From the NCBI RefSeq assembly GCF_004010195.1, contig NC_057719.1, positions 14,658,416-14,722,415 on the forward strand: DNA of 64,000 nucleotides, written 5' to 3'. The notes under the pieces were generated by a model, which worked only from the letters and a program-made list of their open reading frames with translations, did not search any database and was not told the DNA's origin. The position numbers were made by a program, and so were the translations under genes. This document shows positions 51,916 through 63,844 of the stretch, piece after piece. This DNA comes from Chiloscyllium plagiosum. Its lineage: Eukaryota. Positions within the stretch are counted from its first letter, which is position 1. Every line of letters begins with the position of its first letter.

Positions 51916-53132
51916 AACCTATTGCAATCAGTGGATCCACAACATTTTCCCTTTGTTTAGTTTGATGATTAGGAAATTTCTATGTTCCACTGAATTCCCA
52001 AAATGTGCTCAGGGCATGCGATAAGGCATACTGGGAATGCAAATTTGTCATGGCTACCTATTATGGTCATTGATTTGCATAAGTATTTTATAGTAATGAT
52101 TCACAGTTTTAGGGTCACATCTCCCCTGCTCCTAACTTCTTAATTTTTGTGGAAAAGTATATCTCTAAATAGGATTGTGCTGCCTTCCTCTTAATCGCGT
52201 CAATATTGTCAGTGAAATTGGTAAAACTGACCCCTTTCATTCAACAAGATCCTGTTTTTGGATTTTGAAACTGAGTTTTCCACCACAAGATCACAGAACT
52301 GAAGCAAAAACTTAGATTTTAACAGTAATTATCCAGCATGAAGATGAGGGTAGCAAATCGTCACCATTTTCATAGCCTGTCAAATGTACTTTTCTGTAAT
52401 TTAATTGCTGAAACAATATACAGCCAATTGATTATAATTTGAAACTTGAACTACCATCTGAGGTATTCTGGAGTTGGTGGAATAAGGCCAATATATTGAT
52501 GGAAACTCATTCTAATAGTTCAAATAATCTAACTGTTCAATTGCTCACCGTTTATTCTGCGCGGTGTGATCAAACTTTGAACAGGCTGTCACCCTTTTCC
52601 AAAAGCAAAAAATTACATTTGTTCTATACTTGTGGTCTTGTGAACATTTTGACTGACTGGGGAAGTTAATAACTTCAAATATATTGTGCTACTGATGAAA
52701 ACCTAAATGTTTTGCATACAAACATTTCACCCAACAATTACTCTGGTTTTCTTAGTCTGAGGAATCAATTGCTTGCTCCCTGGTCAGTACATTTTAGTTA
52801 CCTGGTCACTTACTGACAACACTCAGGACAATGTATAATTTATCATTTAATTATAATTTATATAATTACCATATAATTTGTCACCAACCAGTTGTGCTGA
52901 TCCTTGGTGGGAGTCACATGTCACCTCATCTTCTAAAGTTCCCTCATGTGAAAAGGTGTATAAGTGAAGAGTTTGGAGTTTGACAGGAATTTTTTAAATT
53001 ATTTATTCGCAGGATCTGGGCATTGCTGACTAAGGCAGCATTTATTGCCCATCTCTAATTGTCTGGAGGGCAGTTAAGAATCAACCACATCCCTATGGGT
53101 CTGGAGTCACATGTAGGCATTTTCCTTCACTG

Positions 53133-53670
53133 AATTTGATTTGATTTGATTTGATTTGATTTATTATTGTCACATGTACCTGGGTACAGTGAAATGTTTT
53201 GGTTTGCATGCAGTACAGGTAGATCATATCAAACAAAGATCATAGGGTGACTGAACAGAGCGAGGAATACAAGGTTACAGCAGCAAAGAAGGTGCACAAA
53301 AAGTAAGATCAACGTTAGGATTCGAAAATTATGAGGTCCATTCAGAAGTCTAAAAAAGCAGGGATGAAGCTGTTCTTGAGCCTGTTGGTACATGTGTTTA
53401 AACTTTTGTATCTTCTGCCCAATGGAAGAGGTAGGAAGAGAGTATTACTGGGATGGGAGGTGTTGGCTGCCTTTCCAAGGCTGCGAGAAGTATAGATGGA
53501 GTTAATGGATGGAAGATTGGCTTGAGTGATGGACTGGGCTGTGTTCATAACTCTGTATAGTTTCTTATGGTCCTGGGCAGAGCATTTGTGGTAGCAAGCC
53601 ATGATGCACCCAGATAGAATGTTTTCTATGGTGCATCTGTAAAAGCTAGTGAGGGCCTTTATAGACAGGA
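53133..53670 (-). mobile_element. Rex1/Babar-type LINE 3' fragment, inserted into a family 2 SINE
   Basis: LTSFYRCTIENILSGCI..SHPSNTLFLPLPLGRRYKSL..RLKNSFIP; tail gtgacaataat(aaatc)n; SINE halves at about 52995-53130 and 53680-53825. Confidence 0.85.
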
Positions 53671-53824
53671 GTGAATGCCCAATACTAGATTCATGGTCAT
53701 CAATAGACACTTAATTCCAAATTTTCACTCAAATCAAATCCCACCATCTGCTGTGGTAGGTGTCTCCAGAACATAACCCAAGTCCCTAGATCTACAGTTC
53801 AGCAGGTAATTCCACTAGGCCATC

Positions 53825-54091
53825 ACCTTGTTGGAATAGCCACTCTAATTTTCATTCTCCCCTGCTTTCAAAATGTCATCAAATATTAGGAATGTAACTC
53901 ATTTTTTTGCTCTCTGTCTGTAGTTTGGAGTTCCCTGGATGCTGCCTGACCTGCTGCGCTTTTCCAGCAACACATTTTCAGCTCAACCTTGTTGGAATAC
54001 CCACTCTAATTTTCATTCTTCCCTGTTTTCAAAATGTCATCAAATATTAGGAATGTAACTCATTTTTTTGCTCTCTGTCTGTAGTTTGGAG
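53825..54091. repeat. 106-bp direct duplication flanking a 55-bp family A PLE fragment
   Basis: 53825-53930 is nearly identical to 53986-54091; insert 53931-53985 = ..ggatgctgcctgacctgctgcgcttttccagcaacac.. Confidence 0.9.
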
Positions 54092-55436
54092 CCTGTGTTA
54101 AACTCACCTGATTCACCCTCGGGTATGGTCATGGGATAAGTAAGTCACTTCTTACTTGATCGCAAGGTTATATTAAACCAAAGGCCTAGACTGTCTTCTT
54201 GACAGCTTACAAAGGCTGCACTTATAGCATATTTTGAGCGAACCATTTACGCAGCCATTACCAATTAATCCTCCCTTTCACACAAAAACAAACTCTGTAC
54301 TGTTGTCTTCATGTTGTGACTTTACTTGAGAAACAACCACATTTACAAGTTGTAGGTTTTCTTGTGAATGTTGCTCTCCTTTAGGCTCCTCTGTGTTGAC
54401 AAGACTGTTGTAAACTAAAGCAGCTGAGTCTTCTATTTGTCTATAATCTCTCAGTCAATGACTTTACTGTCTGGAAGCTTCTTATGAAAATCTGTGAAGC
54501 TTTGTTTGTTTTATACCTGAAGATGTGACAAATTAAGAAAGCAAGGCCTCAAATCTTTTAGAATATCTCAGCTTATATAAACAAAAACGTTAATGTCATC
54601 TGGTGTAAACACAGTATAGGCAGGACTTCCATTTATATAGAATCCTTCATTATCCCAGAATCTGCCAGAATGTTTTACCACCACTGAAGTGCTTTTGGCA
54701 TGTAGTCACTGTTGTAATGTATGTAAGAAGCCCAGAGGAGAGCAGATGTAAGCAATGGTAAGGATTTATTTTAAGCATCAGCAGATTCTGAAGGCCATAA
54801 TTCCCCTCTTGGAGAATCACATCAGAACGCAACAAGGCAACAGTCAAGTCCAATGAGAGCCCCATCAAAACATCATTTTCTGTCAGAGTTGGGCCCATTT
54901 ATACAGAAATAAAAATTTTATCATTCCATTTTATCATTTTATCTATGGAGCATCTGTAAAATCGGTGAGGGTCCTTACAGACATGTCAAATTTCCTAATC
55001 TGCCTGAGGAAGATACTCCCTAATTGGGGAGTGAACTGTTTGCTTTAATATACCTTATTGGAGATGTCTTGGTCAATAACATATGATGTAATCGCTTCCA
55101 TAAAATTACATTGCATCCTCGAGCACAGAAACAAACTGTTTGCCCACCAGATACATATGTCAGTATTTAAGCTCCTCACAAGCTCTTTCTTGTCCTTTTA
55201 TTTTAATAATATATTTTTATTAAGAAAATATAGATTTTTAAATGTTACAACAAATACAAAACAATGCAATTCAAAACAGTACAAAAATAGTACAAAAATA
55301 AATCCAAATAATAAAAGAAATTTCTTGTCCTTCTTTATCCAACTTCATCCCCATCTCTCCCCATTGCTTTTATTTATATGTATTTATCTCATTTCCCTCT
55401 AAATGGATCGAAGAGTATTGCTGGCAAAGTCAAGTC

Positions 55437-56130
55437 TTATCAAAGCATTTCGTCTTGCATTCATAGAGTCATAGAGCATGGAAGCAGATCATTCAGTTCA
55501 ACTCGCTCATGCTGACCAGATATTTTAAGGCAATCTATTCCCTTTGCCAGCACTTGGCCGATGTCCCTTTAAACCCTTCCTATTCATATACCCATCCAGA
55601 TGCCTTTTAAATGTTGCAATTGTACCAGCCTCCACTACTTCCTCTGGCAGCTCATTCCAAACACGCACCATTTATCAGGACAATTCACAGGAAATAGCAA
55701 AGCAAATGGAGAAGAACGTTTACTCTGTATATCAGGTTATTGCTGATTCGTTGGCGAGTGGCCTCTGGTTGGTCCAATTAGAGATCTTCCCATGAAGACT
55801 GCTCTAATCAATGATGACCAACAGTGAACTGGTGTTCCCCACAAGCTCTGAGGCCTAATTCCCATCATTCCAGCTGTATAGATGTAGCTAAAACCACGGA
55901 CTACCCAGTGGAGAGTCTGTTCAAGACTCTTTAAAGAAGAAGTTGGAGACAGGAATTCTCGAAATGGTGCTCTTCACTGTCTTGGTTACCTGAATCGGTT
56001 CATCTGCACTGGAGAGCCTTTTATTGGTTCTCCAACTTTTCCAAAGTGGTAATATATATTTAGAGAGCTCAATCTCTGTAAACCTAGATAGTTAGCAGCT
56101 TTGCAATGCTGGCCCTCAATTTATATATGG
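55437..56130 (-). mobile_element. Putative old PLE 3' end (GIY-YIG remnant + HHR), split by a CR1 3' fragment (55465-55668)
   Basis: KVGE..NKRLS..QMNRFR-like remnant near 55990-56045; the HHR core can be rebuilt across the CR1 insertion. Confidence 0.45.
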
Positions 56131-56424
56131 TAATGGAATTTTAGCATTTTCCTTTTACCAGAGGAGCCTAAAGACATCTTCTATCTGGTTTTACCTCATT
56201 ATAGTGTATAACTGTTGTATGAAAGCAATATATTGGGATAGGATTCTGTCCTTTGCCTCTTGATTTCATCATCAAAAAAGAGTCGCAACATTGCACTCTG
56301 TAAAGCTAATAAGAATTGGGAAGAGATTTTCTCTGAATGGACAGATTAGTGGCTGGGACTGAGGTAGGCTCATCATCCCACTGCGGATGGCAGATGGGAT
56401 CTCTAAGTTGGAGAACCAATAACA

Positions 56425-56880
56425 GCCTGGGACGGCAACTGCTCTGCCCAGGAACGTAAGAGACTACAGAAGGTGGTTTGCACAGCCCAGACCATCACAG
56501 AAGCCATGGACTCCATTTACATTTCTCATTGCCACAGAAAGGATGCCAACATCATCAAAGGCCCCTCCCACCCCGGTAAGGCTCTCCTACAACCTATTCT
56601 GTCAGGAAAAAGATACAAAAGCTTGAACACAGGCATCAGCAGGGTCAATAACAGCTTCTCCCCTGCCATTATTAGACTGTTGAATGGAGTTCTCTAACTT
56701 CAAATAATGTTGATCTTGCTTTGTGCACCTCCTGTACAGCCATAACCCATTTGCCTAACTCTATCTAAGTATCCTATTAGCCTGTATATTCTTGTTTGCT
56801 ATGATCTGCCTGTACTGCTCGCAAAACAAAACTTTTCACTGTACTTAGGTAAATGTGACTACAATAAATCAAATCAAATA
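56425..56880 (+). mobile_element. Rex1/Babar-type LINE 3' fragment
   Basis: TAQTIT..SIYISHCHRKDANIIKGPSHPGKALLQPILSGKRYKSL..NSFSPAIIRLLN; (aaatc)n tail. Confidence 0.85.
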
Positions 56881-58329
56881 AAATAGTGTCATGATCAGTC
56901 CCTGGGTAAGGTTCCCTTATTTGTTGTGGTTCCTGATGAGGGTCTCACAAATTGTCAGACTCCTACACGAATAAGGGAATGCACTGGCTCCCCTTCATCA
57001 GGACCTCAGTTGCTTGGCAACAAGATTAATTGTAAAAGGATCACGTCCCATGTGTATTCATCAATTTTACCCAGACCAATTAATTCATGTTTCCAAAGAT
57101 CATTTTACCAGGTTTCCTTGAATTAATGAAAGAATGAGTTTATCATTTACAATGTACAACTCACACACAGATTAGACTTGAGAGGGAAGTGAAGAAAGGC
57201 ACACATTGAAAAGCTTGCAGATGCGTCTCTGAATGCCATGAAAAGCAGATGTTAGAATAAGGTGTAAGCCATTCAGGACTGAGATGAGGAAGAGTTTCTT
57301 CACACAGAGAATTGTTAACCTGTGGAATTCTCTCCCACATAAGGCCTGTTAGATATATCTTCAAAAAGGGAACTGGATGTGGCCCTTACAGCTAAAGGGA
57401 TCAAGGAGAGAAAGTGGGAGTGGGATACTGAAATTGCACGATCAGCCATGATCTTACTGAATGGCAGTGAAGGGTCCAAGGGCCGAATGGCCTCCACCTG
57501 CAACTATTTTCAATATTTCTATGTTGCTGCTGGTACACAGCATGACCAGTATCACTGATGTTGATAGGTGAACAATTATATTCAAGATGCTTGGCATCAC
57601 ATGTCAGCAGAATGTTTTGTTTTCTTTTGACTGTGGTTTCACTTATAGCAGTCCGAATGACATTCTTTTTGTCCCCTGCAGAGCAGGGGTGTTTAATGGC
57701 TGTTCTCAAGCTATGACCAACAAAGCACATTATTCCATACATTAGCACACAGACCACTAACACACCGACCAGTGATGAAGTTCTGAAGTTTGGTTTGATT
57801 TAGCCAAGAAAAGCAAGAAAAGCTTAGCTAAATATTTTATTAGGAAATTAAAAAGCTTTGGCCTTTGAACAACTATGGACAATTTGTGCAAGAAGTAGAC
57901 TTGACCTTTCTTGTTTATTGCCTTCATAACTTCCAAAACGCTAACTGTAAGTTGAGTTCTTAGTTCACAATTTGCAAAGGTGTCTTATTGCTGACAGAGT
58001 TTAGGTAGGATGCCAGTGACAATACTCTGATATAACTTATAATTGCTATTCTATAACAGTATTTAGACACAAACTCTGTAAAAATCACAAATATTTGAGC
58101 TGGTGTGATCGTCAAAAATGCAGCTCAGACGTATAACTGACATCCTTACTCCTCAATGTTACTGTTTGCATTATATACAGAAGAATTATATCTGTAAACC
58201 AATCCATCATTCTGTCTATCCATCCATCCAGGTGTGTCTATGAGGAGGAGGAGGAGGAGGCATAAGCTGTCAAGGGATACAAAATAATCACTGAGTTGGC
58301 AAAACATGACAGATGGGATATGGTCTGCA

Positions 58330-59060
58330 TATATGTGAAGGTCTCCATTTTGGAAGAAAAATAGGGAAAAAACAGAATATGTGAAAAACCAAATTGGCAC
58401 TCTTGCATCCTTGTGGACAAACGATAGAAAGTTAATTTACAAGTAGTGCAAGCAATATTGCAATTAGTAACTGATATGCTGACCTTTCTTGGCACATTAT
58501 TGAAGTATAAAAGTGATGTTGTCTTACTCCGTTGGAGAAGGCCTTACTGAAATTGCACCTGAATTACTGAATACAGTTTTGATCAACCTGCCTGAAGAGA
58601 CATGTTTCATGGAGAATGCAACAAGGGTTCACTTAACTGATTACTGTAATGAGAGGATGTCTTAGGGGGAGAAATTGTGTAAAGGCTAGACCTATATTCC
58701 CTGCACTAGAAGTACAGAGTCAAAAGGTGTTATGATGGAAAAGCACAACAGGTCAGGCAGCATCCGAAGAGCAGAGAGTCAACATTTTGGGCATAAGCTA
58801 CACTTTTCGACTCTGTACTAGAAGTATGCAAGGTAATCTCATTGCAGCAGAACACTTTTTCTCCTGATTGTGGTATCTAGAAGTAAGGTGGTGTAAAATG
58901 GTGGGTCAGCCATTTAGAACGGAAATGTGGAAAAATATCCACACTGAAAGGCTTGCAGATCTTTAGAATTCTCTAACCTGGAGAGCTGTGGGTGTTCGAG
59001 CACTGAGAATATTCAAGATAGAGATCAGGAGATCTTTCAACATTAAAGATTGATTGGATC
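58330..59060 (+). mobile_element. Old CR1-type fragment containing a family A mini-insert (58715-58812)
   Basis: Decayed ORF2 C-terminus; the insert has short inverted ends and TSD ctgcactagaagta (58701-58714) / ctgtactagaagta (58813-58826). Confidence 0.6.
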
Positions 59061-59249
59061 AAATTCCCTGTTTTTCTACTGCCAAGTGAAAAATGTGGAG
59101 GCTGCCAAGGAAACACTGGCATCCCCATGACCAATGGCCAACAGCGGGGTGACAGACTGGCCAAGTTGTAGACTCCAACAGAAGATGAGGTGTTGGGGGC
59201 AGGAGGTGAGGGGGCTCTGGCATTTGAGAGGCCGTGAGAAGAATATGAC

Positions 59250-59900
59250 CTGTTGTGGTTCCATTCGCCGAGCTGGGAATTTGTGTTGCAGAAGTTTCGT
59301 CCCCTGTCTAGGTGACATCCTCAGTGCTTGCGAGCCTCCTCTGAAGCACTTCTGTGATGTTTCCTTTGGCATTTATAGTGATTTGTACCTGCTGCTTCCG
59401 GTTGTCAGTTCCAGCTGTCTGCTGCAGTTGGGTCCAGGTCGATGTGCTTATTGATTGAATCTGTGGATGAGTGCCATGCCTCTAGGAATTCCCTGGCTGT
59501 TCTCTGTTTGGCTTGTCCTATAATAGTAGTGCTGTCCCAGTCGAACTCATGTTGCTTGTCAAATGTTTTTGATGTATGGTAGTGTGGCTAGTCCTTTGGG
59601 TTGTGACATGTCCTCATTCCGTTGTATTTCCCTTAGGCATCTGTTGATGAAATTGCACGGGTATCTGTTTTTGGTGAATACATTGTATAGGCGTTCTCCT
59701 TACTCTTTTTGCAGTTCTGGTGTACTGCAGTGTGTTGTGGCCCTTTTGAACAGTGTCTTGATGCAACTTCTTTTGTGTGTGTTGGGGTGGTTGCTTTCGT
59801 AGTTTAGGACTTGGTCTGTGTGTGTGGCTTTCCTGTATCCCATTGTGGTGAATTGGCCGTTTGGTGTTCTCTGTACATCACATCTAGGAATGGGAGTTGA
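59250..59900 (-). mobile_element. Penelope-like element (family D), internally deleted, HHR at 59288-59327
   Basis: YRKATHTDQVLNYESNHPNTHKRSCIKTLFKRATTHCS (PLE RT C-terminus); minus strand GCA-CTGAGGA-T-gtcacct-agac-aggggac-GAAA-cttc-TGC. Confidence 0.8.
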
Positions 59901-60273
59901 CCTCAAGTGTACAATAAAATCTCATGGAGAGGTGCTTCTGATGAGTTTAGGAGCCTGTTAAAGAGGACCCTTCCCACCAGCCACCAGACAATGCAGGAAA
60001 ACCTGCACAGCCGTGCACTTGGCATGGAAATCTCCCATCGTGGTCAAACACTGGAGGCAGTCAGATGAGACCCTGTAATGAACATTCACTATCCACATAA
60101 GGACCCCAGTTGGGTCCAACGGCAAGCAGACCAGTCCCCAATAACCCCTTGCTGCTGATTGGTGGCACTCCATCTGCTGACTTGAATAAACTCTGTTTTC
60201 ATACCATCAAATTGGGTACATCCTAGCTGAGGCCTTGAGGATAAGGGTAGTTAAAGCCTATGCAATTAAGGGA

Positions 60274-60365
60274 TAAAGTTAAAAGTCACACAACACCAGG
60301 TTATGGTCCAACAGGTTTATTTGAAATCACAAGCTATCAGAACGTTGCTCCTTCTTTCGGTGAAA
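60274..60365 (-). mobile_element. Family B PLE terminal fragment
   Basis: aaagttaaaagtcacacaacaccaggttatggtccaacaggtttatttgaaatcacaagc. Confidence 0.7.
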
Positions 60366-60924
60366 TAAAATTAAGGGGTAGGATCAGGATGGAAGAGGAT
60401 AGCATTGAGAAAGAAGAGTAGTCATAGTCGGGTGGAATGATGGTGAAAGCCCAATGTGACGTATCCAGGAACTCCTGTTTCATATTTTCTTGGATACTTT
60501 GTGCTTATATATAAAAGGTTTTGCATATAGTACACATCCATCACCTATCGGGTAGACATACAAATGTTTGATTTTTTCTTTGTTGGCTACATAGAACAAT
60601 TGATCTTCCATAATTACACCGGCATCACTCCCCAACTCTCCCTCCGCTACGTTGATGACTGCATTGGCGCCACCTCATGCTCCCGCGAAGAGGTTGAGCA
60701 ATTCATCAACTTCACCAACATACCTGGACCATCTCTGACACCTCCCTCCCCTTCCTGGACCTCTCCATCTCCATAAATGACAAACGACTTGACACTGACA
60801 TTTTTTACAAACCCACCGACTCCCACAGCTACCTGGATTACACTTCTTCCCACCCTATCTCTTGCAAAAATGCCATCCCGTATTCCCAATTCCTCCGCCT
60901 CCGCCGTATCTGCTCCCAGGAGGA

Positions 60925-61708
60925 NNNNNNNNNNNNNNNNNNNNNNNNNNNNNNNNNNNNNNNNNNNNNNNNNNNNNNNNNNNNNNNNNNNNNNNNNNNN
61001 NNNNNNNNNNNNNNNNNNNNNNNNNNNNNNNNNNNNNNNNNNNNNNNNNNNNNNNNNNNNNNNNNNNNNNNNNNNNNNNNNNNNNNNNNNNNNNNNNNNN
61101 NNNNNNNNNNNNNNNNNNNNNNNNNNNNNNNNNNNNNNNNNNNNNNNNNNNNNNNNNNNNNNNNNNNNNNNNNNNNNNNNNNNNNNNNNNNNNNNNNNNN
61201 NNNNNNNNNNNNNNNNNNNNNNNNNNNNNNNNNNNNNNNNNNNNNNNNNNNNNNNNNNNNNNNNNNNNNNNNNNNNNNNNNNNNNNNNNNNNNNNNNNNN
61301 NNNNNNNNNNNNNNNNNNNNNNNNNNNNNNNNNNNNNNNNNNNNNNNNNNNNNNNNNNNNNNNNNNNNNNNNNNNNNNNNNNNNNNNNNNNNNNNNNNNN
61401 NNNNNNNNNNNNNNNNNNNNNNNNNNNNNNNNNNNNNNNNNNNNNNNNNNNNNNNNNNNNNNNNNNNNNNNNNNNNNNNNNNNNNNNNNNNNNNNNNNNN
61501 NNNNNNNNNNNNNNNNNNNNNNNNNNNNNNNNNNNNNNNNNNNNNNNNNNNNNNNNNNNNNNNNNNNNNNNNNNNNNNNNNNNNNNNNNNNNNNNNNNNN
61601 NNNNNNNNNNNNNNNNNNNNNNNNNNNNNNNNNNNNNNNNNNNNNNNNNNNNNNNNNNNNNNNNNNNNNNNNNNNNNNNNNNNNNNNNNNNNNNNNNNNN
61701 NNNNNNNN
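60925..61708. other. Assembly gap (784 N)
   Basis: Run of N. Confidence 1.
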
Positions 61709-61755
61709 CACCCTCCTCTAGCTTATCTCTCCACGCTTCAGGCTCTCTGCCTTTA

Positions 61756-61790
61756 TTCCTGATGAAGGGCTTTTGCCCGAAACGTCAATT
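61756..61790 (+). ncRNA. Minimal type-I hammerhead ribozyme motif with intact core
   Basis: CTGATGA (61759-61765)-A-GGGC-TTTT-GCCC-GAAA-CGTC (61786); stem I is weak in this copy. Confidence 0.7.
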
Positions 61791-61909
61791 TTGCTGCTCC
61801 TCGGATGCTGCCCGAACTGCTGTGCTCTTCCAGCACCACTAATCCAAAATCTGGTTTCCAGCATCTGCAGTCATTGTTTTTACCAAACAAATTCCATTCC
61901 ATTGCTCTA

Positions 61910-63527
61910 CACTGTAGGGAAATAGATGGTGACATCCTGCAAAATGTCCAGATTTCAGAGGAGGAAGTGTTGGATGTCTTGAAACGGTTAAAGTTAGATA
62001 AATCCCCAGGACCTGATCAGTTGTACCCAAGAACTCTATGGGAAGCTAGAGAAGTGATTGCTGGGCCTCTTGTTGAGATATTTGTATCATCGATAGTCAC
62101 AGGTGGGGTGCCAGAAGACTGGAAGTTAGCAAATGTGGTGCCACTGTTTAAGAAGGGTAGTAAAGACAAGCCAGGGAACTATAGACCAGTGAGCCTGACC
62201 TCAGTAGTGGGCAAGTTGTTGGAGGAAACCCTGAGGGACAGGATGTACATGTGTTTGGAAAGGCAAGGACTGATTAGGGATAGTCAATATGGCTTTGTGC
62301 GTGGGAAATCATGTCTCACAAACTTGATTGAGTTTTTTGAAGAAGTAACAAAGAAGATTGATGAGGGCAGAGCAGTAGATGTGATCTATATGGAGTTCAG
62401 TAAGGCGTTCGGCAAGTTTGCCCATGGAATACAGGGAGAACTGGCCATTTGAATACAGAACTGGCACAAAGGTAGAAGACAGAGGGAGGCGGTGGAGGGT
62501 TGTTTTTCAGACTGGAGGCCTGTGACCAGTGGAGTGTAACAAGGATCGGTGCTGGGTCCTCTACTTTTTGTCATTTACATAAATGATTTAGATGCGAGCA
62601 TAAGAGGTACAGTTAGTAAGTTTGCAGATGACACTAAACTTAAGGTGTAGTGGACAGCGAAGAGGGTTCCCTCAGATTACAACAGGATCTGGACCAGATA
62701 GGCTAGTGGGCTGAGAAGTGGCAGATGGAGTTTAATTCAGATAAATGTGAGGTGCTACATTTTGGGAAAGCAAATCTTAGCAGGACTTGTACACTTCATG
62801 GTAAGGTCCTCGGGAGTGTTGTGGAACAAAGAGACCGTGGAGTGCAGGTTCATATCTCCTTGAAAGTGGAGTCACAGGTAGATAGGTTAGTGAAGAAAGC
62901 ATTTGGTATGTTTTCCAGTATTGGTCAGAGTATTGAGTACAGGAGTTGGGAGGTCATGTTGCAGCTGTACAGGACATTGGTTAGGCCACTGTTGGAATAT
63001 TGCGTGCAATTCTGGTCTCCTTCCTATCGGAAAGATGTTGTGAAACTTGAAAGGGTTCAGAAAAGATTTACAAGGATGTTGCCTGGGTTGGAGGATTTGT
63101 GCTATAAGGAGAGGTTGAACAGGCTGGGGCTGTTTTCCCTGGAGTGTCGGAGGCTGAGGGGTGATCTTATAGAGGCTTACAAAACTATGAAGGGCATGGC
63201 AAAGTCTTTTCCCTGGGGTCGGGGAGTCTAGAACTAAAGGGCATAGGTTTAGGGTGAGAGGGGAAAGATATAAAAGAGACCTAAGGGTCAACTTTTTCAC
63301 GCAGAGGGTGGTACGTGTATGGAATGAGCTGCCAGAGGATGTGGTGGAGGCTGGTACAATTGCAACATTTAAGTGGCATTTGGATGGGTATATGAATAGG
63401 AAGGGTTTGGAGGGATATGGGCTGGGTGCTGGCAGGTGGGACTAGGTGGAGTTGGGATATCTGGTCGGCATGAACAGGTTGGACCGAAGGGTCTGTTTCC
63501 ATGCTGTACATCTCTATGACTCTCTGA
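61910..63527 (+). mobile_element. CR1 (HER1-like) LINE, about 1.6 kb, relatively young, RT disrupted
   Basis: LDKSPGPD, DWKLANVVPLFKKG, NYRPVSLTS, SCLTNLIEFF, SKFADD, LEYCVQFWSP, RLRGDLIE; in-frame stops; ctctatgactc tail. Confidence 0.95.
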
Positions 63528-63844
63528 CTATATAAGGGAGAAACATCTGTGATTAAACTCAACTGGACAGACTCTGAGAATTTGTTGCACAATAGTCTTC
63601 ACTCAAATACTTGCGGATCTTTGGAATTCTCTAACCCAGAGAGCTGAGAGTGCCCAAGCTTTGAGTGTATGGAAGGTAGAGATTGGGAGATCATTCAACA
63701 CTAAAGACTGAATTGATCTGGCACCAGATTCCATGCTCCACCACTCCCAGGCAAAGAAAATCAATAGTAGAATGATACCTATCTGATTTCCAGTGAGTGG
63801 GCCACAGGACGTTTGACAACAGAGTACTGTAAAACAGGCAAATC

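Larger units (their letters stand above)
60578..61882 (+). mobile_element. Penelope-like element (family A) spanning a gap
   Basis: FVGYIEQ..LRYVDDCIG (RT catalytic motif), LPFLDLSIS..FYKPTDSHSYLDYTSSHP..NAIPYSQFLRLRRICS; family A terminus after the gap (linkage across the gap is inferred). Confidence 0.85.

Noticed and set aside
56928..57005. cctgatgaggg...ccttcatcagg inverted pair resembling hammerhead halves
   Set aside because: No stem II plus GAAA at a suitable distance on either strand
57660..57745. Strong acceptor ttctttttgtcccctgcag
   Set aside because: All three frames close quickly, and there is no donor or recognisable peptide
60647..61842. ORFs of 314-354 aa
   Set aside because: Mostly N; the real portion is PLE sequence
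61805..63445. Functional reverse transcriptase gene
   Set aside because: 5'-truncated, with in-frame stops and a deletion; a dead CR1 copy
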